Shown here: positions 30,297 to 40,334 of the stretch, one piece after another | Position numbering within the stretch: position 1 is the stretch's first letter | Layout of the letters: each line of letters begins with the position of its first letter | Made by a program: the position numbers and the translations under genes | Notes under the pieces: model-generated | Told to the model about the DNA's origin: nothing | The model's input: the letters and a program-made list of their open reading frames with translations, nothing else | Database searches by the model: none | Assembly: GCA_965207885.1 (NCBI GenBank) | Contig: OZ242311.1 | Location: 5,376,001 to 5,440,000, forward strand | Length of the DNA: 64,000 bases | From: Candidatus Latescibacterota bacterium | GTDB taxonomy: Bacteria; Latescibacterota; UBA2968 | Direction: 5' to 3'

Positions 30297-30820
30297 ATCC
30301 GGAAACACCTTCCAAATTAATCGCACTATCGGGCCTGTTCTTTGCCTTTGGCATTGTAATCTATGCCATACACGCGCAATACGAAGTCGCCCTCATATCT
30401 CTGCTATTCGCCGCCCTGCTCAATATCTGGCGCGACCCAAAACACATCGCCCTCAACCGCCTCATTGCAATTTGCACCTATGGTTTTGCACCTGCTATCT
30501 TTGCCTATTGCTTTGGATTAAAAGGCCCCCTATCCGTCGCATTGCTCATCGGATACACAGGGGTTTACGCCATAAAATTATCAGACACAGACCGGGACGA
30601 AATGCCATCATCGGTATTACTCCTGCCGCTGGCATTCACAACGCGCTTTATCCTGCCCGACGAACGCGTTGGACAAATTTTATTCATCACATATCTTTTA
30701 ATAATCGTAGCCATGCTCCTCAACATACCAGCGCGCAAACCAAAAGCGATTGTATTTGCCTCGGGAATTGCAATACTCATCGCAAGCTACGCGTGGGCTA
30801 TCTGGACGGCAATGCAATAA
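30293..30820 (+). CDS. Membrane protein, weakly PssA/CDP-alcohol phosphatidyltransferase-like
   Basis: About 6 TM segments, ATGA-coupled to psd, TYGFAPA segment; catalytic DGxxAR motif absent. Confidence 0.45.
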   Translation: MNPETPSKLIALSGLFFAFGIVIYAIHAQYEVALISLLFAALLNIWRDPKHIALNRLIAICTYGFAPAIFAYCFGLKGPLSVALLIGYTGVYAIKLSDTDRDEMPSSVLLLPLAFTTRFILPDERVGQILFITYLLIIVAMLLNIPARKPKAIVFASGIAILIASYAWAIWTAMQ

Positions 30821-30842
30821 ACCTTTAACCCCAAAATATCCT

Positions 30843-32216
30843 ATGCCAACAATCAACCTCATCACCCTCGGCTGCCCCAAAAACACCGTCGATTCCGAGC
30901 GCATGCATCACCTCCTCAAGCTCAACGGCTACGACCTCTCGGACGACGCAGAAGACGCCGACATCATCGTCGTCAACACCTGCGGATTCATCGAACCAGC
31001 CAAAGAAGAATCAATAGCAACAGTAATGGACGCCGCAGAATACAAAAAAAATGGACGATGTCGCGGCGTCATCGTCACGGGCTGCCTGGCCGAGCGATAC
31101 CGAACAGAATTGGAAACCGAACTCGTCGAAGCAGACAAGATCGTGGACCTTGCTGGCGAACGCGAAATCGTCGCACACTGCGATAACCTGTTGGGCACAT
31201 CGCGCATACACACCATCCGAGATGCTGAAGCGCGCCATCTCCTCACCCCAAAACACTGGGCGTACTTGCGAATCTCGGACGGATGCGACAGAACATGTGC
31301 ATTTTGCGCCATCCCGAGCTTTCGCGGAAAAAACAAAAGCGAAAACCTGGACCGCCTCATCGCCGAAGCCTATCGCATGGTCGGCAACGGCGTGCGCGAA
31401 ATCGCCCTTATCGCCCAGGACACCATGCGATATGGCGCAGATCTGTACGGCAAACCCCGGCTGATAGACCTGATAGAAGAACTGATCCAAATCGAGAAAC
31501 TCGACTGGGTGCGAATGTTATACGCATATCCAACCGGTTGGCGCAATGAACTCATCGACCTCCTGGCGACCGAAGAAAAATTGTGTGCCTACATCGACCT
31601 GCCCATCCAGCACGCATCAGACCCCCTACTAAAAGCCATGAACCGGGGCACCACAAAAGCGGGCATTCGAAAACTGATCCACACCTTGCGCGAACGCATC
31701 CCAAATCTGACCATCCGATCATCAATCATCACCGGATTTCCCGGCGAACGCGATGAACACTTTGCAGAACTCATGGACTTTGTCGATGAAATGCAATTCA
31801 ACCGCCTCGTCGGATTCACCTATTCGCACGAAGAAAATACGCAGGCAGGCGCACTGCAAGACGACGTACCCGAAGACATCAAGCGCGAACGGTTAAACGA
31901 CCTCATGGCATTGCAGGCGCAAATATCGGGCGAATTAAACGCTGCACACATAGGACGCACCTTCAAAGTACTCGTAGATGAAATCTCAGACGACCCGGCA
32001 TATCACTACATCGGACGCACGCGAATGGACGCCCCGGAAATCGACGGCGCCGTATTCTTCACTGGTCCTGCAAACATCGGCGACTTCGTCGAAGTCGAAA
32101 TCACCGATGCAACCGAACACGACCTCATCGGACATGTCGTCAAAACCAACGCCCTATTGGAAATCGCGCCCATTAAAGCATCCGCAGATGACGCAGAAAA
32201 AACGCGAGTAATTTGA
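30843..32216 (+). CDS. rimO: Ribosomal protein S12 methylthiotransferase
   Basis: LGCPKNTVDSE, NTCGFI, ISDGCDRTCAFCAIP, DAPEIDG, TRAM domain. Confidence 0.93.
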   Translation: MPTINLITLGCPKNTVDSERMHHLLKLNGYDLSDDAEDADIIVVNTCGFIEPAKEESIATVMDAAEYKKNGRCRGVIVTGCLAERYRTELETELVEADKIVDLAGEREIVAHCDNLLGTSRIHTIRDAEARHLLTPKHWAYLRISDGCDRTCAFCAIPSFRGKNKSENLDRLIAEAYRMVGNGVREIALIAQDTMRYGADLYGKPRLIDLIEELIQIEKLDWVRMLYAYPTGWRNELIDLLATEEKLCAYIDLPIQHASDPLLKAMNRGTTKAGIRKLIHTLRERIPNLTIRSSIITGFPGERDEHFAELMDFVDEMQFNRLVGFTYSHEENTQAGALQDDVPEDIKRERLNDLMALQAQISGELNAAHIGRTFKVLVDEISDDPAYHYIGRTRMDAPEIDGAVFFTGPANIGDFVEVEITDATEHDLIGHVVKTNALLEIAPIKASADDAEKTRVI

Positions 32217-32290
32217 GCGTTTTACGCAGATGAAAGGCAAAAGAGGGGCTGGAGGCTGGGGCTGACCGCTAATCGCTAACAGGAAAAATC

Positions 32291-32755
32291 ATGACCATCA
32301 TCGCTGCAATGGACAAAAACCGCGTCATTGGTCGGGACAACAAAATGCCCTGGCACATCTCTGAAGAATCCAGGCACTTTCGGCGCACCACAACCGGACA
32401 CACCCTCCTGGTAGGGCGCAAAACATATCAATCCTGGGGTGGCAAACCCCTGCCGGATCGCCTGCATGTCATTGTAAGCCGCACCATGCCCGATACAAAA
32501 GGCATAGATGTGTGCAGGTCGCTTGAAAAAGCCATTGAAAAAGCCAGATCCTATGGCCGCAAAGTATTCATCTGTGGAGGCGGCGAAATATATCGCGCCA
32601 CACTATCAAAAGCTGACCGGATGATTCTATCGTACATCGACGCAGAATACGCAGGCGATGAATACTTCCCCGAATTTGACGAAAATGAATGGAACATCTC
32701 AAAAAATGAGGTGTATGTTCAATTCACAGTCGTATATTATGAACGAAAAAAATAA
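32291..32755 (+). CDS. folA: Dihydrofolate reductase
   Basis: IAAMDKNRVIG, MPW, GRKTY, PLPDR, CGGGEIY. Confidence 0.92.
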   Translation: MTIIAAMDKNRVIGRDNKMPWHISEESRHFRRTTTGHTLLVGRKTYQSWGGKPLPDRLHVIVSRTMPDTKGIDVCRSLEKAIEKARSYGRKVFICGGGEIYRATLSKADRMILSYIDAEYAGDEYFPEFDENEWNISKNEVYVQFTVVYYERKK

Positions 32756-32841
32756 GGTTCAACAGTGAAGGTGTCAGTATTCTGAATGGTGTTCAGAAGA
32801 CGTTTGAGCATGCGACAAGCGTATTCATCTGGAGAATTGAT

Positions 32842-34086
32842 ATGCTCAGCGAACGGGAAATTTTGGAAAAAATTGAATCGGGAGAAAGCTCAGGCGTTGA
32901 GTTTAAAGAAGTAAAACTTGTTGGTGGACAATTCAGACCTCATCGATATGGGCTGTCCGATGAGATCGCCGCTTTTGCCAATCAGCAAGGGGGAGTCGTG
33001 ATTTTCGGCGTTTCCGATAATCGGGAAATCCGCGGTGTCAATATCAATAATGTTCCAAGACTGATTCATTTTATTACTGAAATATGCCACGACCTGATAG
33101 AACCTCCTCTCGTGGATTATTTCGTAGATAGTATCCGGGTTCCCGATAAGGCGGGGGAACAAAAAATACTGGTTTATATCAATATTACGCGGAGTTTGTG
33201 GGCACACCAGAGCAGCAACGGATTCTTTTCGCGACAAGGGGATACCAAGCGCAGAATGACGACGGAGCAATTGGGCAGATTGTTACAAGCCCGCTCACAA
33301 GCGCGTATTATCTCTTTTGACGAACAGTTTGTGCCAAACACGAATAAAGACACACTAAGGCGAGAACTCTATCAGAGATTTATCCCCAAAGGCTTCCCCG
33401 ATCAGGAAGTCGAAGATCTGCTTAAAAGGCGTTTGCTCGTGAAAGAAGGGGGAGAATATCGCGCATCGGTCGCCGGTGTGTTAATGTGCCATGACAGTCC
33501 CGATGAATACCTCTACAACAGTTTCATTCAAGCTGTTTTTTATCGAAGTGAGGAAAGGGACGCGAACTACCAGATTGATGCCAAAGATTTTAAGGGGCCC
33601 CTGGACCAACAGATCATAGACGCCTTCAAATTTGTCGAAAAATTCAATGAGGTATCAGCGCGCAAAGACATTGGCAGAATTGACCGACCACAATACAGCA
33701 TGCGAGCCGTTTTTGAAGCCCTGGTGAACGCTGTTGTACACAGAGATTACTCAAAAATCGGCTCGAAAATTCGGTTGTTCATGTTTTCAGACAGGCTCGA
33801 ACTCTATTCGCCTGGCGCGTTGGCAAACACCATAACAGTGGAAAATTTGCGTTATGCACAAGCCACCCGCAATGAATTGCTCGCCCGCTTACTCTCGGAA
33901 ATCACCTTGCATGACACGATGAGCAGACAAGTAACCCGGCGACACTTTTTGGAGCGACGAGGCGAAGGCGTAGGCATCATCTTAAACGAAAGCGAGGCAC
34001 TCAGCGGTCAAACGCCTGTTTATGAATTGTTCGACGAAGAATTGCGCTTGACGATCTTTGCCGCCAAATCGCTACAAGAAACGTAG
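32842..34086 (+). CDS. AlbA_2 (Schlafen-like) plus HATPase_c_4 domain protein
   Basis: ESSGVEFKE, AAFANQQGGVVIFGVSD, EALVNAVVHRDY, YSPG, ERRGEG. Confidence 0.85.
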   Translation: MLSEREILEKIESGESSGVEFKEVKLVGGQFRPHRYGLSDEIAAFANQQGGVVIFGVSDNREIRGVNINNVPRLIHFITEICHDLIEPPLVDYFVDSIRVPDKAGEQKILVYINITRSLWAHQSSNGFFSRQGDTKRRMTTEQLGRLLQARSQARIISFDEQFVPNTNKDTLRRELYQRFIPKGFPDQEVEDLLKRRLLVKEGGEYRASVAGVLMCHDSPDEYLYNSFIQAVFYRSEERDANYQIDAKDFKGPLDQQIIDAFKFVEKFNEVSARKDIGRIDRPQYSMRAVFEALVNAVVHRDYSKIGSKIRLFMFSDRLELYSPGALANTITVENLRYAQATRNELLARLLSEITLHDTMSRQVTRRHFLERRGEGVGIILNESEALSGQTPVYELFDEELRLTIFAAKSLQET

Positions 34087-34191
34087 GCATTGTCATTTCG
34101 GATAAATTTAAGATCGGCAATTCCCTTCTTCCCACTATTCCAATCTCTTACTTCTCCCCCTTTATTTTTTATTTTACCACTGGGGGTATTC

Positions 34192-35031
34192 ATGCACACA
34201 TATCTCGACCAACTGCAACACGTATTGGACCACGGCGTAAAAAAGGGAGACCGCACGGGAGTGGGCACAATCTCGTGTTTTGGCCTGCATGCGCGCTATG
34301 CAATGGCAGACGGATTTCCCGCAGTAACCACCAAGCGACTGGTGTGGAAATCGATACTATCGGAACTCCTGTGGTTTATATCCGGATCCGACAACATCTA
34401 CGACTTAAAAACCTATTTGAAAAGCAATCGGCTGTGGGATGGCAATTACGAAGATTATTTGAACCGCCTGGGAATGGATAAAAACGACGGCAGCATGGGG
34501 CGTATTTACGGTGTACAGTGGCGGCGGTGGAAAGGCGCCAATGGGAAAGTGGTCGATCAGCTTCAAAATGCGATTAATCTAATCCGAGAAAACCCCGAAT
34601 CCCGGCGCATCATGGTCAATGCCTGGAATGCAGCGGAAATAGGCACTCGGGACGTGGCCCTGCCCCCGTGTCACAACTTCTTCCAATTTTACGTCGCAGA
34701 AGGCAAACTATCCCTACAAATGTATCAACGATCGTGCGACATGTTCTTAGGCGTACCACTCAACATCGCGTCCTATTCCGTATTATTGCACATGGTCGCA
34801 AAAATCACGAACCTCATACCCCATGAATTTATCCACATCCTGGGCGACGTGCACATCTACTTAAACCACCTCGACGCAGTAAAAGAACAACTATCTCGCA
34901 AACCATATCCCCTGCCCAAATTGCGGATTGAAGACCGCGGACAAACCGAAATCGGCGATTTTGAAATGGACGACTTTGAACTCATCAATTACCAGCACCA
35001 CGACACCATCCGCGCGGAAATGGCGGTTTAA
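34192..35031 (+). CDS. thyA: Thymidylate synthase
   Basis: DRTGVGT, ELLWFI, YGVQWR, LPPCH, YQRSCD, PLNIASY. Confidence 0.96.
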   Translation: MHTYLDQLQHVLDHGVKKGDRTGVGTISCFGLHARYAMADGFPAVTTKRLVWKSILSELLWFISGSDNIYDLKTYLKSNRLWDGNYEDYLNRLGMDKNDGSMGRIYGVQWRRWKGANGKVVDQLQNAINLIRENPESRRIMVNAWNAAEIGTRDVALPPCHNFFQFYVAEGKLSLQMYQRSCDMFLGVPLNIASYSVLLHMVAKITNLIPHEFIHILGDVHIYLNHLDAVKEQLSRKPYPLPKLRIEDRGQTEIGDFEMDDFELINYQHHDTIRAEMAV

Positions 35032-35043
35032 GACGGCCACCCA

Positions 35044-35181
35044 TTATTCCCTTTTATCGCGTATTGCGCGAATCATCTGCCACAAGATATATCCAATGCC
35101 GACCAGGATAAAAACGGACGTGAGAACCAGAAAAATCTGGAAGCCTAAAGGCAGGTTTTCAAATGGAATGATCGGATACAT
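35044..35181 (-). CDS. 45-aa single-TM small protein
   Basis: MYPIIPFENLPLGFQIFLVLTSVFILVGIGYILWQMIRAIRDKRE; fills the intergenic gap; below the ORF-track cutoff. Confidence 0.5.
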   Translation of the reverse strand: MYPIIPFENLPLGFQIFLVLTSVFILVGIGYILWQMIRAIRDKRE

Positions 35182-35232
35182 GATGGGTAAACCAGTTATT
35201 ATCACTTTTGCCGAGCGTCATCTGAACAGGAC

Positions 35233-35955
35233 GTGAATATCGTGAAAACGTTACTCTTAATCTGTGCCGAAAGCGAAATGCAGATATCTCGCCAATTTAT
35301 CAACGCGGCAATTGACGCCAAAATTGCCGATCAGGTAGTAGCCACTTCATTTGATAAATTGGAAGAAAGCGTACATACCGGTGAAGGAATCGAACAAATC
35401 CTCGTCTTCCCCGCACTGATCGCCCTGCCCGATGCAATGCGCGAAAACCTGTTACAACGCATCGCATCTCTCCAAAACGAAAACCCACAAATACGCATCC
35501 TCCTCACCAACCCATTGGGCGGTGACCCCCGCTTATTCGACATGATCCAGGACCGCATGGCAGCCGCGCTGAAAAGCACGCAAAACACACCCATATTAAC
35601 AATAGAAACATCGGATACGTCTCGAACCCTCGACTTTGAAAATTTCGCCACACTACCAGATCAGGTCGCAGACATAAGTAAACTCATCCCCGACCGCCAG
35701 GGACAGGGCGTTTGGGTACGCGAAGTATTGGACCACACACCCAATGCCGACGCAATTTTTTACGCAGACGCCGACCGTTTCTCAGCCACCGTCGATCTTG
35801 CCCTCGTTCGAGAGCAAGGATTGTTAATCTACGGACTGGAAGGACAACCCCTCCCCGCCAGCTATGGCGGCCCCCTGCGACTGATCATACCCGGACACGA
35901 CGACCGCTGTGCAAATGTCAAGGGCGTAGCGCGGGTCGAAATCGTTTTAAAATAG
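35233..35955 (+). CDS. CbiX/SirB-like domain fused to a molybdopterin-oxidoreductase-like domain
   Basis: LTNPLGGDPRLFDMIQDR and LIYGLEGQPLPASYGGPLRLIIPG...NVKGV. Confidence 0.6.
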   Translation: MNIVKTLLLICAESEMQISRQFINAAIDAKIADQVVATSFDKLEESVHTGEGIEQILVFPALIALPDAMRENLLQRIASLQNENPQIRILLTNPLGGDPRLFDMIQDRMAAALKSTQNTPILTIETSDTSRTLDFENFATLPDQVADISKLIPDRQGQGVWVREVLDHTPNADAIFYADADRFSATVDLALVREQGLLIYGLEGQPLPASYGGPLRLIIPGHDDRCANVKGVARVEIVLK

Positions 35956-36047
35956 AAGAGTATGTACAAAAAGTTAAACCAAAAAACTTCAACATCTAAA
36001 AGGCATAATCAAATTTTGGCGTTGCAGTCAAAAAATGGAGGTTTAAG

Positions 36048-36818
36048 ATGCTGAAAAACTGCGTTCTACTTATGATGACAGTCATAACATTGGGACAAGC
36101 AGACGCAGGAGTACTGCCAGAAACCCCCAAGCCTCAAGGCGGCGACATCGTCGGCTCCTGGGTAGCTGAGAAGATCGCGCTAAACGCTTATGTCCCCGCC
36201 GGGCTTGTACAGGCTGTATCACCTCTTACAGTTGAAGGCGAGATCAACGGCACAATAACTTTTGGGGCAGACGGTAGTGTTCAATCTGACTACAGAACAG
36301 CGACCAATATCTCTGCGGTATTATTGGTTCCACTCTCGGTCACTGTCCTCGATACGAGCCAATACACAGGTAATTACACGATTGCGTCCGATACCCATGC
36401 ACTCACCATAATGCGCGAAAATGAAGACCCACTCAATTATACGTACACGGCTACGGCGGATTCACTGCATATTATACGCCCACTTCTTTTAGAAGAATTA
36501 TTGGCATCAATACCCGAATCTGTAAGAGGCCTGGCACTAAACGCCCTCTCCCAGTACGTACCGCCAGATGATCCCATTAAGATAGTGATCACTTTTTCGA
36601 AAGCGATAGATACGGGAACGCCGAGTATGCTAACTGGTGACTTTGATGGCGATGGACAGGTCGGGATCACAGACTTTTTGCTTTTTGTTGAAGTATTTGG
36701 AACCCAGAGCGGACAGGAGAACTTCGATCCAAAATTTGATCTCGACAGCGATGGAACCGTTGGCATTACCGACTTCCTCATCTTCGTGGAATCTTTTGGC
36801 AAAACGGTCAATGGATAG
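36048..36818 (+). CDS. Secreted protein with C-terminal dockerin/EF-hand-like domain
   Basis: Signal peptide; GDFDGDGQVGITDF and DLDSDGTVGITDF. Confidence 0.75.
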   Translation: MLKNCVLLMMTVITLGQADAGVLPETPKPQGGDIVGSWVAEKIALNAYVPAGLVQAVSPLTVEGEINGTITFGADGSVQSDYRTATNISAVLLVPLSVTVLDTSQYTGNYTIASDTHALTIMRENEDPLNYTYTATADSLHIIRPLLLEELLASIPESVRGLALNALSQYVPPDDPIKIVITFSKAIDTGTPSMLTGDFDGDGQVGITDFLLFVEVFGTQSGQENFDPKFDLDSDGTVGITDFLIFVESFGKTVNG

Positions 36819-36872
36819 CTGTCAGTTGCTCAACACCAACGCCGGTCACACGCATCAAAGGAGAAACACACC

Positions 36873-37763
36873 ATGTCATTGCCACAAGAGCAAATTGACC
36901 AGTATCGCGATCGGGGATTCACGATTGCGGAAAATGTATTAGATGACTCTGCCTTTGAACCGATTGAACACACTTATGACGTATTGATCAATCACAAGGC
37001 GCAAGAACTATTGGAAGAAGGGTCGATCTCATCCGTACATGCAGACAAATCCTTTAGCCATCGCTTAGCCGCGATTGCACGGGAATTAGACGATGAGGGA
37101 TATGACGCACTGCGCAGTTTTGCGGGTGGATTCGACATCATGCGCGCGCGTGTGAAACCAATGTTCGACATCTTCTTCAACGAACAATTATTATCCGCAG
37201 TCGAAAGCCTCATAGGACCAGAAATAACCCTGAGCCCCATTCAGCATTTCCGCCCCTACCTGCCTGCGCGAGAAACACAACCCGGACAGGTACCCTGGCA
37301 TCAGGACCAGGGCGTAACAAAAGAAGAAGCGGACATCTCGGAAATCATAACCTGCTGGATACCACTCGTAGATGTCACACCAGAACGCGGGTGCTTACAG
37401 GTACTGCCCGGCGTGGTACCCATGGGACTGCTCGAACACCAGCGCGAAGGCGGCACCATGATCAAACCCATGTACATGCCGGAAATCGAACCCGTAAACT
37501 GCATCATGAAACGCGGCGACGTACTCATGATGAGTGCGTACACCCCGCACAGAGGCCAGCCAAATCGCTCCAATCTGGTGCGCTGGAGCATGGACCTGCG
37601 ATTTCAAAAAACGGGCACACCTACAGGACGTCCATTCTGGCCTGAATTTATTGTCCAGAGCAAAGAAAATCCCGCATCTGTACAAAACAGCTTTGACGAA
37701 TGGTGTACGCGGTGGATAACAGACCTGCGCGAGAGCAAAGGGACCCATCTACATCGGGTATAA
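36873..37763 (+). CDS. Phytanoyl-CoA dioxygenase (PhyH) family protein
   Basis: PWHQD, WIPL, GCLQVLPG, TPHRG, RWSMDLR. Confidence 0.88.
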   Translation: MSLPQEQIDQYRDRGFTIAENVLDDSAFEPIEHTYDVLINHKAQELLEEGSISSVHADKSFSHRLAAIARELDDEGYDALRSFAGGFDIMRARVKPMFDIFFNEQLLSAVESLIGPEITLSPIQHFRPYLPARETQPGQVPWHQDQGVTKEEADISEIITCWIPLVDVTPERGCLQVLPGVVPMGLLEHQREGGTMIKPMYMPEIEPVNCIMKRGDVLMMSAYTPHRGQPNRSNLVRWSMDLRFQKTGTPTGRPFWPEFIVQSKENPASVQNSFDEWCTRWITDLRESKGTHLHRV

Positions 37764-37772
37764 CGTCCCACA

Positions 37773-38576
37773 TCATTCAAACGGGATATCATCCGCATTA
37801 AAAACCTGCGTGCGTTTCATCATGCGGCGTTCCGATGGTGGAAAGGGTTCGCGGCGATGCATTGTGGGACGGTTGTCCCACATCACCAGATCGCCGATCT
37901 GCCAGACATGGGTCCACAAAAATTCGGGACGGGCGGCGTGCTCAAAAAGCGTCTTGAGAAGCGCGTCGCTTTCATCGACGGGCATATCGAGAATATATTT
38001 GGTCAGATGGGGACCCGCATAAAGCGACTTGCGTCCGGTTTCTGGATGGGTGCGCACGACCGGATGGTCAACGCGTTCGGGTGGGTTTTGTTCCTCAACA
38101 TAATGGCGATGTACGGCTCGCAATCCCGTGAGCCGTTTTTTCATATCTTCATCTAAAGCCTCATACGCGGCATAACAATTGCACCACTGGGTATTGCCCC
38201 CTGCACTGGGAATCTCAAGCGCATAAAGAACGGAAATCGTACCCGGTCGCTTGAGATACGACAAATCGGAGTGAAAGCTAACCTCTCCATCGCCCAGAGC
38301 ACCGATGGGCTGGCCGTTCTCCTCGATATTGGAAACAATAAAAATCTCTTTGTTTTCCCGATCCAGTTGTTTGCGAACGTGTTCTACCGCGCGACCAAAA
38401 TAATTGGTAAAGCGAATCTGATCTTCCTCACTCAAATCCTGATCGCGAAAATATACCACACAGTAATCGAGCAATGCCTGGCGAATCGCCCGGACGGTAT
38501 CATCATCGAGTGCCTGCGAAATATTAAGCCCCCGAATTTCAGCGCCGAGTGCGCCGCCAGAAGGTATGACTTGCAT
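37773..38576 (-). CDS. TauD/TfdA-family dioxygenase
   Basis: FHSDLSY, HPVVRTHPETGRKSL, WDNRPTMHR. Confidence 0.9.
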   Translation of the reverse strand: MQVIPSGGALGAEIRGLNISQALDDDTVRAIRQALLDYCVVYFRDQDLSEEDQIRFTNYFGRAVEHVRKQLDRENKEIFIVSNIEENGQPIGALGDGEVSFHSDLSYLKRPGTISVLYALEIPSAGGNTQWCNCYAAYEALDEDMKKRLTGLRAVHRHYVEEQNPPERVDHPVVRTHPETGRKSLYAGPHLTKYILDMPVDESDALLKTLFEHAARPEFLWTHVWQIGDLVMWDNRPTMHRREPFPPSERRMMKRTQVFNADDIPFE

Positions 38577-38589
38577 AGTTCGTACCACC

Positions 38590-39423
38590 TCATCTATCCG
38601 GCCATTTATACGCGACCTTTGCATTCTTCCAAAAATACTTCTCCAGCACCGCGTCACCCTTTTGAGAAAAATACTCATACACAAGGCGTTGCGCCTCGGC
38701 AGGGGTGCGCTTGCTGCGTTCGAGAACCGGCCAATCACTGCCGTAAATCACGCGATCTTCACCAAAAAGCTGCCAGAGCGCGTCGAGCAAATAGACATAA
38801 AAATCGGGATCTGTGGGCGCCGGAATGACCTGACAGCGCAAATCCATCAGGCCCGACACCTTGCAAAAAATATTGGGCTGTTCCGCGGCTTTTTGCATAA
38901 GCTCCAAACGCTCGGGCGCGATGGGATTCCCATCTGCCGGAATATTGCCGCAGTGATTGATTACAATGCGAAGATCGGGCAAACGACGCGCGATTTCGAT
39001 AACCGCTTCATTGATCCCCGAATCGAGTTCGAGATCGTGTTCGACGAGCTTTTCAAGAGCACCCGCCATCTCGCCCAAATCCTCTCGCTCCCAGGGATGG
39101 GTGCGCGGACGAATACCCAAAAACAGCGGATTGGGAGATAGGCGATTGAGATGATCGCCAAAATCCTCAGCGCGCGGATCGAGATTGCCAACCAGCCCCA
39201 CGATAAACGGATCATCCTCAATCACATCGAGCACCCATTGGTTATCTTCAACCCATGTACTCGCCTCGACAATAATAGCTCCCGTAACACCTTCAGACGC
39301 GACCAGCGCTCTGTAGTCTTCGGGCATAACCCGGCGATAAATCTCGTCATCCGGCTCGGGAAAAGGCACACCCTCTGGGCGAGTGGGGTCGTAAATATGG
39401 ATATGCGTATCAATAATCATCAA
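38590..39423 (-). CDS. Amidohydrolase_2 family (lactonase-like)
   Basis: IDTHIH, NHCG, CKVSG, YGSDWP. Confidence 0.88.
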   Translation of the reverse strand: MMIIDTHIHIYDPTRPEGVPFPEPDDEIYRRVMPEDYRALVASEGVTGAIIVEASTWVEDNQWVLDVIEDDPFIVGLVGNLDPRAEDFGDHLNRLSPNPLFLGIRPRTHPWEREDLGEMAGALEKLVEHDLELDSGINEAVIEIARRLPDLRIVINHCGNIPADGNPIAPERLELMQKAAEQPNIFCKVSGLMDLRCQVIPAPTDPDFYVYLLDALWQLFGEDRVIYGSDWPVLERSKRTPAEAQRLVYEYFSQKGDAVLEKYFWKNAKVAYKWPDR

Positions 39424-39431
39424 TGACTCCT

Positions 39432-40334
39432 CTATAATGCAACTTCTTCTATGTCCATATGCTCGCGCAATCGCCCAAGCGCGCGGTCTTTGAGCTGTCG
39501 CACGCGCTCGCGGCTAATGTGAAAACGCTTGCCCACTTGCTCGAGCGATTCCGCGTCATCAACATCCAGACCAAAATAGCGGTTGATAATCTCGGCTTCG
39601 CGCTCGGGCAAATCGGCCAGGCCCTTGTGCAAAAGATCGCGCAATCGGCTGGCATGCACATCCTCATCTGGCAGGGGTGCATCATCGGGAACAACATCGG
39701 CAAACCGGCGGTCGCCATCTTCATATACCGGGCTGTCGAGCGAAACAGATGCCAGGCTCGTTTGAAGTGCCTTATGCACCCGTCGAGGTGAAAAATCGGT
39801 TTCTGAAGCCAACTCGTCAATCGTGGGAACGCGACCGGATGCTTGTGAGAGTGCGGCAGACACTTTATTGAGCACATCGCGATCATCTATTTGATTGACC
39901 GGAAACGCGACCGGATGTGTCTGGCGATTGAGCGCAGAGAGAATCGCCTGGCGAATCCACCACACCGCATAAGTGATAAATTTGTACCCGCGTTCAGGAT
40001 CATAAGTTTGGGTAGCGCGTATAAGGCCCATATTGCCTTCGGCAATGAGATCGGAAAGGGGCAAACCGCGCCCCGTGTATTCGCCAGCCACGCGCACAAC
40101 AAAGCGCAAATTGGCTGTAATGAGATGATCCAGCGCCTTTTGATCGCCCTTGCGCGCGGCATTTATGGCTTTGACTTCGTCTTCGCGGGAAAGAGGGGTG
40201 TATTTGCGAATATCGCGCAAATAAAGATCTGTAAGCTGGCCCTGAGCCTGCGAAGAAGAATCGCTCCCAGATAGGGCCTGTCCCGTAGTGTTTTTATACG
40301 GGAATTCTGCTGATTTTTTTAATTCTTTTTTCAT
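39432..40334 (-). CDS. Sigma-70 factor, RpoD/SigA-like alternative sigma
   Basis: LYLRDI, ANLRFVV, DLIAEGNMGL, YAVWWIRQ, ISRERVRQ; ATGA-coupled to the upstream MerR gene. Confidence 0.92.
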   Translation of the reverse strand: MKKELKKSAEFPYKNTTGQALSGSDSSSQAQGQLTDLYLRDIRKYTPLSREDEVKAINAARKGDQKALDHLITANLRFVVRVAGEYTGRGLPLSDLIAEGNMGLIRATQTYDPERGYKFITYAVWWIRQAILSALNRQTHPVAFPVNQIDDRDVLNKVSAALSQASGRVPTIDELASETDFSPRRVHKALQTSLASVSLDSPVYEDGDRRFADVVPDDAPLPDEDVHASRLRDLLHKGLADLPEREAEIINRYFGLDVDDAESLEQVGKRFHISRERVRQLKDRALGRLREHMDIEEVAL

